Source: the human T2T-CHM13v2.0 reference genome, Homo sapiens
Assembly: GCF_009914755.1 (NCBI RefSeq)
Contig: NC_060930.1
DNA length: 64,000 nt
Strand: one strand, 5' to 3'
A program made the translations under genes and the position numbers. The notes under the pieces were generated by a model. It saw only the letters and a list, made by a program, of their open reading frames with translations. It had not been told where the DNA came from and made no database searches. This document shows positions 1 to 13,869 of this stretch, in pieces; position 1 is the first letter of the stretch, and every line of letters begins with the position of its first letter.

Positions 1-1485
1 GCCAGAGTCACCAAAAACCAGGTTCTTCTTTTTCTACCAATTGGCCATCATTGGAGGAACCTGAAGTGTCTGAGCCTGCATCATGAACAATACTCCACTT
101 ACTAGGGTGGCTTTCCACCCAAGCTGAGAAACTGTGTTCCAAAAATTTACACTTGGAGATGTCTCCTCCTAGCTTCACTCTCAGGACCTGGACCAACCCC
201 CCACATTTCATCCCTGGACTCTGACAGCAGGTTTCAAATCGGCCTCTACCTGCCACTACCTGCCAGGGTAAAGCCCTGGATCACTACCACCCTGTGCTAT
301 TCTAGAGAGAGATTTTCAGGTGGGCAAATGCTCACCTTTCAAGTGCCAATACTTAAAAAAATTAAGAGTACTGTATGCTTAGGTGAAGTACACTTGAGTA
401 GCTTTTGTCCACAGGCCAGCATTTGCTGAACTTTGCCAGTAAGCAGGGCACTTCATGGTAAACTGACCAATTGCAGTGAGTCTTTAAAGCCCTCCCTGCT
501 CCTTGCAGTCATTTATTGCCATGTCTCTAGAGTTGCTCTTTATTGTTAAAAGTTAATTTTTACTTACCTTTTTGGTTACTTTCAGATCAGAAAGTATGAG
601 TCTAACTAGATGAAACTTTATTGTAATAACAGTTTAAACATGTTTAAATATAGCATTATGTAGCACACGGACATAACCAAACACATATTCCTTTTCTAAC
701 CAGCAAAAATTCCAGGAAACTTGTAGAGTTCCTCATCTTCTGTTGTAGATGTTTTCAGTGTCTGGACAGAGTTCGCGGTACCAAGCAAATACCCCTCACC
801 ATCCTGCCTCACCCACTTGGAAACGTGAAAGCTGACTCGGGCACTTTTGGTCAGCGCTAATCCAAACCAGGGGACACACAGGAGTCCTCGGCCAGCACCT
901 TGGCACCACACCTTCTTTGTGACGGCTGTGATTCTAGCAGCACACACAACCTCTGCAATTATGTGTGACTTTAACTAATTACCTGTCCCGGCTCTGCCCA
1001 AACCCCTTTCCCCCAACCCCTGGTTCCCTTCCAGTATTCTAGTTCATGCCTGAGGCCCTATCTTGAGGAATCCTCAACAGCCCTGGTCACAAACAAAATA
1101 ACTCCTTCTAGGAATTCTATTCCGCCTGCCGAGTTTGCTCTGCTAGGTATCATGATCTGTTCTACTTCTCACCCAGCCTAAGTTTGGCCATAATACCGGC
1201 CCAGCTATAAAACACACTCATTCACTTAGAATTGCTCTGTGTTCTTTCTAGGTTTATTAAAAAAGACTAACACACACAGAGTATGAAGTTTGAAAATGCA
1301 TCTTTTTCTCATTCCCTTTATAGCTGAACTCAAAATAGCACTCGTCCCACTCGCCCCTTCAGAGAAGGAGCTGCTTTGTTGGGGAAGGTTTTACATTTCT
1401 CTCACCTACTTAACACCCTGCATATACACTTTTCTCAACTTATCTCAGTAAGTTGATTCTCCCCAATTCTTGCTTTATGAGATGA

Positions 1486-1646
1486 CTGGCATGTCCAACA
1501 GAACTTTCTGCAATGATGGAAATGTTACAGATGTGATGGCTACTGAGCACTCAAAATGTGCCTCTGAGAAACTGAAACTTTTACTTTATTTAACTTTAAT
1601 TTAAATTGCCACATAGTGCCAGTGGCTGCTGTCCTGGACGGCACAG
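1486..1646. mobile_element. MER3-like hAT-Charlie MITE
   Basis: tgtccaacagaactttctgcaatgatggaaatgtt...gccacatagtgccagtggctgctgtcctggac matches the MER3 consensus as I recall it. Confidence 0.75.
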
Positions 1647-1789
1647 GCAGACTCTTGGTATTCCCATCAAAGGAGAGGAAGGCAAGGCTGTGCTTTCCTT
1701 GGACACAACTGTGCTACTGATTGAGCCTCAGGTGTTTACCCTGAAGCTATAAATCCAGGCACTTGTTCTGTGAATCCAGTGGAAAGATT

Positions 1790-1950
1790 CCCCAGTTCAA
1801 ATTCCAACTTACCCATGTTATCTGTGTCGAGTTTCAGTTTCCTCATTTGTGATAGTTACCTGATGTATGTAAACAGGCTGCTGGGACAATCGACTGAGAC
1901 AAAATGGATCTGAAAGCACACTGTAACCTAAATAAACACCCTACAAATAG
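1790..1950 (+). mobile_element. MIR SINE fragment
   Basis: Contains the MIR core ttcagtttcctcatttgt. Confidence 0.55.
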
Positions 1951-4276
1951 GCAGTATTTATGAAACACTGGAATTAAAAGTACTATAGAACCATGTGTCA
2001 ATGTACAGCTCATGTTCTAACCATTTAGCTATGGATGTAATGGGAAAGAGACACATTCTCTCCCTATGGATACTACACCATATCAATTATACTGGAAAGA
2101 AGTGGCAGTGTGGACAACACACGTGTAGAAAGGACACAAGAGGTGGCAAGTAAAACGCCTGCATTCTTTCTCAGCAGATGTAAACCTTGACTCATTGCTT
2201 ACCAAACACACTAGGAGTACAAAGAAAAAAATAAAGCTTATTCAATTGAAAAACTTGCCCTTTGGCACTGAATGAGGTTTTCCAGATCTCTTTCCAGCCA
2301 CTTCTTCCCAAGATTCAAAAGGCCAGCAGTCATGGACATCACCCATGCCTACATTTCCCCTGAGCCCTCAAAGATGAATGGGACAATCTGAGCATTAGAC
2401 ATGGCCATGGTTTAAAGGTGAGGCACATTTCCTCCAACTTCAAGTTTCCCTCAAAGACTAAAACACAAAGTCTCTCGTTTTTATGCTTATTTCATGAATA
2501 TCTTTTCCCAAGGCTTTGAGTTCCAGGTCTGTGTGTTTAATATACCTAGCCTAATACTAATTGCAAAGTTGGTCCTCAGAACTAAGTTAGTTATATAATA
2601 GTGAACATTCTTTAATTTCTTCAGAGAGTCCTTAATGAACTCAAATTCATAATTTTTAATCACCGTAACTATGTATTTCTTCCATATGGGCCTTAGAATA
2701 CAAATATTTGTTTTCATGATATAATAATAAACTTCTGTAAAAACAAGACTGTCTACCCCAACAGACTATAAACGCTTTGTGGCTGAGGGTCAAAGCTTAG
2801 CTATTAAAAAACGACAACAACAACAACAACAACTGTGGGTATATACAACATCTCTCATCACCACGCACTTGATCAGTTCAAAGGCTGTTTACTGATGAGT
2901 CCAATCTTTGGTTGAAACCCAATGCACTTTCTGGCCACATCCTTAAAACAATTTATGACAACTTTCTATTATCTGGCAGGCCACCAACGATCCTAACAGA
3001 ACTTACAGAGCAATGGTCCTGATGCGAGTCATTCTGTTCTGTGACTTGACATAGAAATTGCATTTGAGTCTTAAATACGGTGCTATTTCAACACCTGTCA
3101 CCCTAGAAAGATAGTAAGTCTTACCCCAAAACATCTCAGGACATAATTTTCAGTCCCCTTGATTCTAAAAATACTGAGTGATACAGATCTGCCAGTATGC
3201 CAAAGAAGGCTTGTGCCATCTGCTTCGTTCTGCTCATGTTGATTATTTTGGGGATGAGAGAGGATCAGACGGGAAGAAGAACATATATATATGGTAACAG
3301 CCAGGAAAGACTGTGTTCCCAGGGGACAGGGGTATACGAGGGTGGAGGGGGGAGTCAGAACACAACTGTAGTTCCAGGACTTCTCCAGTGCTACATAACA
3401 CATCATCTAATGGGGCACAACTGCTTTACAACATTCTTAAAATAAACTGTGACTTCTGGCATCTATTTCCATTGTCCTCAGTGACACAATCAATGCAAGG
3501 CCCATTTCTGAGAGGAAAGTGAATTTCCACTTTTGGTCTTCCAACAAGGGTGTTTTTCTCAATATCAGTTCTTTGAAGGACTTTGGTAGCAGTCTCTATC
3601 AAATTTAAAAAAGCTATTTAGAAATGTCATCAGGAGAAAGATGATATCCAGAACCTCCAGGTAGTCATGGCTGCCATGGCTGCAGACCTCACTCCCATCA
3701 TGGCCGGAAGGCAAGGCCAAGGATCACTCCACTTGCTGTTTCCTTAAAGTGCTACTTTCTCTCACGCTTCTGGCTTTCTCCCTCCTGGAATGTCCTGGGA
3801 ACCCTTGTCTACCTGGCAAACTTCTACTTTTCTCTGTCACTGCCAGGCAGAGGCACGAGTTCCTCCTCCACACGGTGAGGTGTTTACTCAATGGCCCAGT
3901 AGAGATCTCCACCTTAATATGTTTGAAGAGCTTTCACTCTAGTTTATCCTCATTGTAGGAAGCACTACCTGCCCTTCTATTCTGCTCTGAGAGAGCCACC
4001 TGCTGAGCCATCAGGTTTGTTGCCTATAGATTCTTTTCAGCTGTCACCTTGAAAGACTGAATTTTGTTAACCCAGTGACTAAGCTCTTACTTTCTAAGAA
4101 ATGAGGCTTAAGATAAACAAGAAAGACAAAGTGAATTATTTCTCTAATATTCAGGGAAAAAATTGAGAAAGCTGTCCAGATGATTATGCTACAGCTTTGG
4201 AACATCAAATCCACATCCTAGCCAGAACATCTGAAAAGGGACAGGGTGTGTTCTGTTTACAAATAGTGTAATATTT

Positions 4277-5850
4277 GGTTAAAGATGGCCAACTGAATAA
4301 AAGCATGTAGCTCCAGTCTCTCTGAAAATTCTACTAAAACAGTAATAGTGGGATTTTTCTAAAACACAGCCTAATATAAAAGGGAGAAAACAACAAATTT
4401 TGGAAGCTGAAAAGCAGGTAAACAAGCAGTGATCGACTTGGCCATCCTAAGAAAGCTAAAGTTTAAGCCAGCATTAAGAGGCAACAAAACAACCTGCTAT
4501 ACCCTGAAGCATCTACCATATGTCTCTGCAATTTGGTACAGTAGGTACTTCTGGAAGTGAGGATGGAAACAGGTATGAAAGCAGCAGGTGAAAGTCTGTT
4601 AGTGAAGCACTGAGCCCTCCTGACCTCTCCTGATGCCTGCAGTGGGGTGCCTGCCCTTCCTTCCCCTAGCACAAGTGCTCGCTATGGAGACTGTATGAAA
4701 GTGGGGGAGTAGCCTGACACAGGGTGAATGTCCTCTCTCTCAGGGCAGGAGGATGGAGGAGTCTTCCCTGGGAAGCTGACCAGCCCAAGAGAAAAGAGCA
4801 AACCATAAGGACAAAGGGGGTTTCCTCCAGGGGTCGCCACCTTACCCTATACAAGGCCCCAGCTGACAAGCCCCACCTAAGTATACAAAGCTCCCATCAG
4901 CTCTTTACTGGCTTGACTCACAAATTAGTAGGCCAAGGATCACCAGAAATCAGAGGAAGGCACTTAATAGGGAAAACTGACACAAAAAGTAACGGGGAAA
5001 AAAAGACTACGGGGGGAAGGAAACTTCAAAAATAATAATCATTAATATCCTAGAGAGAACAGAGGTCCTTAAAAGAAGAGCAGGATATTATTTTTTAAAG
5101 AGGACAACACCAACAAAAAGGCAGTGGCAGTGCAAGACCCCAGGGGCTGGGACAGGCATTTGAGTCAAACTTGCAAGGGGAACACTTGAGAACCCAGAGA
5201 GCATCTGAGAGTCAACACCATGAGGCAGCCTCTTATAACTCAGCTAATATAATCCAGAGACTAACATTCATTGACTAAATGGTTAAAATATGTATCATTT
5301 CACCAAGAAACATGAAAGGAGAGGAGATGATTTTTAAACTAACAAAACAGAGTATACTATCTTCATCACATGACAAAGTTACCTATTATCATTGCTTGCA
5401 TGAAACATTCATGTATTAGAAGTCATGGATAATACGATACAGTAAGACAATAAACTAATGAAAGGCATAAAATTGGAATGGAATAATTATTTATTTGCAG
5501 AGGAATGTCGATATAGAAAATCCCAAAGAATCCACACACAAGATTAGAAAGCCTGGCAAGGTGTTTGATTATAAAAATCAAACTACACAAACAGCTGCAT
5601 TTCTAAATATCCACAAACAGAAATATAGTTTAAATACCATCATATTAGCCAGAAAATAAAGACAGGTAACTAGTGCCCAGCCAAAGGGAAAGAGACAATA
5701 TGCAAGACTGGAATCATGGACAGGATATATTCAAAGATGTGTTTCCTCAGGAATGAATGGACAGAATACAATTACATTGCTCTATAATGACATATGCATG
5801 AAAACAGATAAATAGAAGTGAAAATCATTACTAAAACTTGAGGTGGTGGT
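4277..5850 (+). mobile_element. Old L1M fragments (5' region and ORF2 remnants)
   Basis: ggttaaagatggccaactga start typical of L1M 5' ends; later gaaaatcccaaagaatccaca and ctgcatttctaaatatcc ORF2-like pieces. Confidence 0.5.
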
Positions 5851-8800
5851 TGTCTAGGCAGTGACCATCTCTTGCTTGGGAGATCAAGAAAGGTGTCACA
5901 GAGAAGTAAAAGTTGAAGCTAGCGTAGAAGTTTACAACGTGTTCAAGAGGGAGGTGGTCTATTTCAGGCCAAGGGAATGAATCCAACCACCTGGAGAATA
6001 AGTGGTTCAGTAAGACTGGAATACAGGTGCAGATGTGGGCAAAGGAGAAAACAGGCTAGAGAGATGGAGAATCGTGAAGGGTCCACTCTACAAGGGGAAG
6101 GTGGGCTTTTTTGTCATAAATTGTTTTTAGCAGATTGATCTATTTAGTCAAGTCCAGCCACAAACTCTTGAATTTATGTGGAGATGCAGTGAGGAGGGCG
6201 GGAAGAGAAGAGGTAGAAATAGGTAGAGAATGCCAATAAAATGCTGTGAGGAATGGGAAGAGGCAGTGGGGAAAGCCTCAGCCTGTGATTGTGAGCCTCA
6301 AAGGGCCACAGAAAACTGACAAAACCAAACTACCAAGGGGAAAGGACGACCCAGGCGCTCACCACCAGGGAGCTGGGCAATGGGGACCGATCAGAAGCAG
6401 TGGACTTGCCACCAGATTTCACTTTTTGATGGTAACTCTGGCAGGGACGTATAAGACATGCTGGAGGGTGGTGGGCTGGATAATGAGATCATTTAGGCTT
6501 CTGCCAGATCTCAGAAGAGAGAACACAGGCCTGCACAAGGAGAGAGGGCAGGTTCCAGTGACACTCTGTAAACAGAATAACTGGATTAGGACTGAGGTTA
6601 GGGGAAAGAGGGAATGGTGGTGGCAGAGAGAGGTTTTCTTCTGCATCCCAGAAGAAAAACTCAGCAAAAAATAAGCGTTAGGAGTTCATTTTTAGACATG
6701 CTGGGCTTAATGGTGCCTAATGGGCATTCGGGCCAGCAAGGAGACGTGAAGCGTGGAGTGGCTCAGGAGCTCTTCTAGTCTAGGGAAGCGGATGCCTTTC
6801 TGAACCTAACTTATACAGGCGATTTTATAAGTTACTCTGAGCTTTCCATGGGTGGCCTCATATCCTGTCAGTGACTCACGTGTTCAACCTTGATCACCAA
6901 TGTTTTCCTCCTAGAGTGGTTTGGTCAAGTGGGCTAGCCCTGGGGGTAAGGAGGAATTTGTTTTCTTTATGGCAGGCTGCAGCTAGACTGAGACTCCCTT
7001 AGGTCATCTACTCTGCACTGTAGCCCGGATGGAAGCAGCCTTGTGGGGGCATGGAATTCTCAGAGCTCCAAAGACAGAAGCAGCCTTCTGCCTCAAAATC
7101 CCCCCAGCTCCTCTTGGATAAGATGGTCTACTGACAGGCCTATGGTGATAAAAATGAGCAAAATGAGAATTAAGTCTGAGTTCAAAAACTTGATGTTGGT
7201 AAATAACTTCTAGATGGTGATAGTACAAACAAGATCCTAATAAACAAACAAACAAACAAACCCAAAACAAAAATCTTTTGGTTATCTCTTCTACTAGAAG
7301 AAGGTAGGCTTTTTATAGATGGGAGCTTTTCTTTGCTATATTTAGCAGATTGAAGATATCTAACCTATTGAGTCAAGCCTAGCCCCTGACTGCATCTACA
7401 TGGAGATGGAGTGAGGTGGTAGAGGTAGAGGATGCCAATAAAACGTTCTCAACTGAAACAGGAAGAAGTCCAGAGAAGCTATGGAAAAGGCAAAAGCCAA
7501 TGAATGTGAGCCTTGGAGAGCCACAGAGGACTGAGAGATGCTGAACTACCAAGGGGGAAGGGATGACTCTGATGAGCAGGGAGCTGGGATCTGTCACCCC
7601 AGAAGTGCTTCATCTCTCACAGGTCTGGGGCCCCTTCCACCACTGGCCTTCCTCATCCATACAGCACGGAAGCAAGGGGCTGGGACAGCCAGGATCCCCA
7701 CGAAAGGGCCAAAGGCCTTCTTCCAGATGGGTCATCCAGTATAGTACCCACCAGGGGGAACGGAGGAAAAGAAATATTGTTGCAGACTCTTGGATCTTTG
7801 ACAGGCCTCCTCACCTCTCCCCACCATACGCATTGTATTTTTAAATAGAAACAGTCACAAAAAAATAGACAAATGTCTACAAGTAAAATAGATGTGTGCA
7901 TTGAGAAAGGCAAGGGTTAAGTCCAGGCCTGGTTCTCAAGCTGAGATGGGACTGCCTTGTTTGAAGAGGACTATTTATGAATGAAGACTCTCAGGAGTCT
8001 GGTGGGGGGTGAGGGGTGGAGAGCAACTCCCAAAATCCAGACAAGAGCCTTTGGTATTAGGGGAAGATTTTCTAATTGTTACAGTCAGGAATGGGGATCA
8101 TTCCTTTATGATAGCTGAAAATACATCGCCCTCCTCACTCCCTAGAAACCCTTGAGTCTCGCCTTTAGGCCCTTTTAGGGTCTGCTTCTATAGCTGATGG
8201 CGGTGATCTCTTTTCCTGGGACTCTTAAGTGTAGGACATGGAGGAACCAGAACTCTAATTAGCAGCAGGACCTATTATTTTTCCAATAAGGTTAACATTC
8301 AAGGGAAAGAAAAGCCTCTTTCTTTCTCAGGAAGTGTGTGAGGATATAGGCTCACATTGAGAAGAGAAATGTGAAAAGCATATTAGTTACATTGACCATG
8401 GGATGCCTGGTTTGTGAGTGAAAATCACCGGAATGACCTTGAAGGATCTGAGATCTAGAAAGGATGCTCAAGACTTGGGTGGACTGTTTGATCCTAAAAT
8501 AACATATCACTAAATAAACAGAAAAAGGCCTTGAAGTACAGATAACTACATGGGAGCAGGGTATCTTGACACTGGATTTATAGATGACCTCATTGTTTAT
8601 TTTTTGAATATCTGCACTTTCTAAAGTTTGATAATGACTACTTAGGCTGAGTCTAGGAGTATACCCGGTTGACAAATGGAGGAGGCATATTGCAGAGGCA
8701 GAGGGGAGAACAGAGAAGAGCTCGGAGTCATGAAGCAGCATAGGGCAATGTGGAACACGTGGTGCAGCCTGGCTGGGATGGGCAGGAGAGGGGCCTGTGT

Positions 8801-10299
8801 CAGAAAACCAATAACAGGGATAGTGCACCTGGCAGGGGACACTGGGTTTATCCTACAGGGAACTGGGAGCCAGTGAAAGTGAGGATGTCCCATCTACAGA
8901 TGAATTGCAGAGAGGAAAAAGTTACATATAATCACTTATCCCTCCCCCATGGGTAACTCAGTTACCTGGAGAGAACAGCAGATTGAAAGGTACTGTTCTG
9001 AAATGCTAACTGGTTCTTTTTACATGAGATGAACCCAAGACCAAATCGGATTACCCTAGACACAAATTTGATGGGCAGTTTTAAAGTAACGTGCAGTAAC
9101 TTTTCAAGCTCGATGTAGAAATATCCAGAACTTATAGTAAACTGTGTACATGCATGGTTATGTGAGAAAAGTGAAGCTGCTGCACCTGTTCCCAAGCTCA
9201 CTCCAATTCCTCCAGAAGCATGCCTGTCTGCCTCTCGGGACACAGGCCGTACTTTATTAGACACAATTATTTCAAGAAGCTTGAGAATTTTCTCTTTGCC
9301 TTTCCATGTCATGTCCAATAAATTCAAAGGATGCAAAGCAAATTGTTCATCCAGGAATAGTTAATTTGAGAAATAAAAATATTTATCACTGGTCCTTTAA
9401 GATTATCCTGATTCTTGATTTTTTCTTTTTAAACTGATTAACATTTCATCAGGTTTCCATTTTAAAAGAAAATGGCACTGAAGAGACAAGGCAAGTTTTC
9501 CAAGCGACAACACTGGCTTTTCTGAAAGGGGAAAGGAATGTTAAGGAAATGGGGGAGAAAGCTTAAAAAGAGTGGAACACTAGCAAGCAGGGCCTCTTCT
9601 CCTTTTCACCTTAAGTCTTTTTTCTCTCCCATTCACAGCTTTAGGTCCTTTGTTTGTTTAACAAACCATTACAATCATACCCAGTTCAATGGGGGAGGAA
9701 TGTGAACTCTCTGAGTAGCTGTCCTTGCAATCCACATGTGTGGTCCATCCCCCAGCTCATCCGCAGGCAGCTTTCATGTGCTGCTCTGCGCTCCCCGTCG
9801 CCCCGGAGGCCGGCACCTTGCTCACAATAAGCCTCAATTTCCCACCGCTGCCTGCTCGCAGCTCCTCCCCAGCAGCTGAGAGCAATGTCTCAAGTGGCTC
9901 TTCCTCCCCTGCTTGCCTTGCAATCATACTGTCCACCCTGCTTTGGCTGGCCCCCTTCAGCTCCTGAGACAGACAAGGCCTGCTGTGTTAGCCACCCCCC
10001 ACCTGTTCGCAGCCCATGGACTCGCCACTGAATACTTCGGCAGACACATTCCAGGATCTTCCTGGCTAGCACTCCTAGTCTTCTAATGTCAGGCGCACTG
10101 TAAACAGAAGATACAGGCAAGACGCTCCCCCACCCCACCCCAACTCCCAGCCCTAACTAGAACTGCTAGGTCCTAGTAGATATGTTGGCCCTGTTGGGAT
10201 TAATTTCAATTTCTTGGTCAATAAATCCAAATATTTAGTGACAATATTGTATTTCAGTAGGAGTCGGAATACTATTTAATAAACTATTTCAGTTGAGCT

Positions 10300-10420
10300 C
10301 ATAAAGCTCTCTCATGCTATTCCAATAATTTCCATCTCATAGCCCTAAGAGATAGGTAGAAGGGTATCATTGTCCCCATTTCACAAATGAGGAAACTGAG
10401 GCTCAGAGGATTTAAGTTTA
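10300..10420 (-). mobile_element. MIR SINE
   Basis: ccccatttcacaaatgaggaaactgaggctcagag. Confidence 0.75.
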
Positions 10421-11171
10421 CTGCCCATCAGCATGGACTAATGACATACTGCAAGTAATACACTGTCCTAAGCAAAACGCCTAGCACAGAGTGAGTGCCC
10501 CAAAGGCATTAGCTTCTATTAATATCATTACTGGTGATGATGATAATGATGATGAACAGAGGTTGCTCCCAGGTGTTCTGAACTAAGCCAAGTGCTCTTT
10601 CAACCTACGCTTTGCCATCCCTTCTAGCCACACTGTCTACATGAGCAGTGAAGTTCAGCAACTGCTTTACAACAGCGTTTTCAAATAAAGCCTCAGGAAG
10701 TATGGCTGGATTGCCTCATGTGGCTGGGATGCGACCAGCATCTTTCCCAGGCTTATCTTTCAGTCGACATCTGCCACAAAGACAGGACAACCTCTTACAC
10801 ATCTTATGTACACAAGTTAGGAGTGTTGGCAGGGGCAGCTTTCTTCTTTTGAACTGACAGGGTTGTCAGCAGAAAATTCCATAGATCTATGTGTATTACT
10901 AGGCTGTGGATGTGGGACAGCAGAGGTCATGAAAAGTTGCTAACTGCATCATCCAATTCTCTGAAACACATGTGCACTGAGCTTTAAAAAATGAAAGGGC
11001 TAAAAGAACCCTGTTCTCGGGTATTCTGCAGTTTGTGGAGGAAATGTGTTTATTTTCCACTAGAACCTTTTTGAAGTACCCTGAACCTCCAGCATGTTCT
11101 TGCCTATGATGTGTTTCCAAGCAATCGTTAATAAACATGCCCAACTAGAAATAATCTTAAAACATGCGCAC

Positions 11172-11259
11172 CTACTGAGTGACAGGGAACATCTGCTGCG
11201 AGGCAGGGACCGAGTCCTCCCAGAAGTTTGTCTGAAGATTCAAACCTGTGAGAAGAGAC
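11172..11259 (-). other. PLAGL1: PLAGL1 5' UTR exon with two acceptors 14 nt apart (74 nt ending at 11245, or 88 nt ending at 11259)
   Basis: Minus strand: gtacaag|GTCTCTTCTCACAG|GTTTGAATC...CACTCAGTAG|gtgcgc. Confidence 0.78.
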
Positions 11260-11744
11260 CTTGTACATCGTCAGGGAATGAAGCTAGGAAAACATTCCTC
11301 CATTATGTTACCCCCTGAACTTCACTTCTAGAGCACACACACGACTGGCGATGTGCACAGGAGATTTTCTAGTGTTTTTTCATGCATTTTAATAGATGAT
11401 CTTTAAACACTCATATCCTTTGTCCTACTTGCAACTGGATTAAGAAAAACTCTCAACTTTTCCCCTGCTTTATGCAAGTGGAAAAAAAAGAACACACAAA
11501 ATTGCTTACATAATATATTCAGAACAGCACTCAGAGGAAATGGTATTTTTTAAAACCAACAGTATTAAAATACCATAAAACAGGTATGCAAATCTATGCA
11601 ATAACAGAACCTAAAACAAATTCTGAATTGAAAGAAAGTCAGCAAATAACCAGTTGGCACTCAACAAAGGAGATTCATATAAACAAAGATTTATCAAATT
11701 TGCAGTGCAAGAAGGTTGAAGTCTCTAAGTTGAATACTGAATTA

Positions 11745-11950
11745 AATGGTTACTAAACCTGGCTATGCATTAGAATCAGCATGGAAAACTTTTAAAAATA
11801 CAGATTCCTGGGTGGCCACAGGGCAAATCAGTACAGACTAAAACAGCATCACTGGGACCCCAGGAATTTACGTTTTTACCAAATCTACAGAAGCCAAGTC
11901 TACAGCCAGCTTTGTGCCACTGAACCCTGATGAGCATTTGGAAACCAGCA
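11745..11950. mobile_element. MER5A-like hAT-Charlie element
   Basis: cattagaatcagcatggaaaacttttaaaaatacagattcctggg. Confidence 0.6.
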
Positions 11951-13869
11951 TTTCCGTTCACCAAGTAATTATCAAACTTGGCTTCTTCCTACCAAGGCTA
12001 TTCCAACCAACTGATCCTCTTACAGGGAAAGCTTTTCAGGATTTTCTTAACTAGTACAAAGGCAAATCTGCTATGGAACAAAGCCAATTTATATCTCGCC
12101 TAAGTGATTTATTCACTTGCCTATTTTCTTCTGTGAATTTGATCAAAAAGGCTATGTCCATTTATTTTGTATGAGAACATCCTTTTAAGTTAAAAATGGA
12201 AAAACCAAGGCCATTTTGGGACAACTGTTTTTAACGTTAATGCATCACAATACAGGAAAATACTGGAGGTGAGCAGGTTATTTGCCTGAGTCATTTAGGG
12301 AAATTGTTTCCAACATATTCCTTGTTTTGCTTGTATAAACACTTTACAAATCATCTTTATGGTCCATCTCTTTCCTCAAAATGCTCAACATTTATTGTGC
12401 TGGTTTAATTGGGTGGTCTCCAAAGGCTTGTATAAAATTTTTTTTGAAAGAGCTTTAAAAAGACATTAAAGCAAAAGAGTAAAATTCTTCCGGATGATTC
12501 TTCCTTTGCACCTACCCATCTCACAAACGGACAATACCAATTTATGTATTCAAAGAGGCAGGGGTTCTTCTGCTTCCCAGGAAAGGGTGCACATAACGTG
12601 AGGTACGCAAACCAGGCAGTGAAGTAGCTTAGCTTCATTGTCAAAATATTCAAATTATCACAAAAAGAAAGCGATTCCTTTCTGAATTCAACAATACTCC
12701 TTGGCCTCCAAGGGCTCACACAGGAGCTTATTCTTAAGCTGTTCAATGTAAGCAGCACTCGTGAAAGAGGAGAACTCTGGCAGGGAGGAGATCAAATCCC
12801 TCAGCTTTTCCCACCTGCCATCTCTGCGCCAGTCTAATGCTTAAATAGTTAACAATGCAACAGAGAGCCCAAGGCAGGCCTGGTCTGGGGGGAAAATCAT
12901 GTGCAGTATATGACGATTTAATAAAGCAGAGAACAGACAGGAAAAATAACACATCTCAGTTTGACAGGATGCTACTTGCAGATTGCTTTTCAGGTCAGAA
13001 TTTAGATTTCTAAAGCAGAGGGAAAAAAGGGTTTTCATACGTCAATTATTCTTTTTTAAGTATGTGGTTAAAAATGACCCTATAAAATTAAACAATCCTA
13101 AAGATAAATGTTTCCGAGTTCCAGAGTAACAAGAAGAATCACATTTTTGTGGGAGTGAAGACTGGCAGATGGTAAACAGATTAGTTAATTGTTTTAAATG
13201 AAGGGGGAAATATTTTTTGGAAAGTTTGTTTATTCGTTGATGACAAAAACCAAAGTTTCATAGAGTGTATGAGTTCCAGGATGTGTTTTTGCTGTCACAA
13301 TATGTTTTTCTAGGCATTTGCTTCTGAGAACAGCATTTAAGAACCCGTCTTTTTCTCTCTTAATGAACTGGTTTAGCCGCCTGCTGGGCATTCACTGAAA
13401 CCCACATTGAACAAAGGGATTTCCTTCCAGTTTCAGCTCATTCACTTCTAGCGACTCCTGGTTTTACTTAAGCAAATTCTCCAAACTGACTTTTTTATTT
13501 CTAATGATTTGAGTGGGAAAGAATTGGGCAACCCTCAAACACTGGGAAGTCTGCCCTGGTTTTCAGTGAAAGAATCCTCTAGGCTGAAGATGTACAAGGT
13601 TTGTTTTTGAAAAGCCTCTCGAATATGTTTTATTTTATTTTCCAGATGGAAAGGAGCCCACCTGATTTGGTAGATTACAGACAACTAAATCTTATTTCAG
13701 CAAGATGGATCATGGTGAACAATGAGATTATTTCTTTGAAATGAAGCCTGAGTGGGATATTCAGATTCACCTCCAGGCAATGATGTCATTTTAAAGGTGA
13801 CACTGGGGGGCATGGTATGAAGGGGTTGCTGGAAGTTGGAATAGATTTGTGGGCCTGGCAGCTGGTCTT

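Noticed and set aside
562-605. Perfect minus-strand donor AAG|GTAAGT at 568/567
   Set aside because: Only a weak acceptor nearby, so an exon cannot be supported from sequence alone.
7748-7761. CTCF-like motif CCACCAGGGGGAAC (and CCTCCAGGGGTCGC near 4824)
   Set aside because: Two mismatches to the core each; not distinguishable from chance without ChIP data.
8-9336. ORFs of 60-158 aa in the first 10 kb
   Set aside because: No C2H2 zinc-finger or other recognisable motif and no consistent splice context; PLAGL1 coding exons are outside the window.
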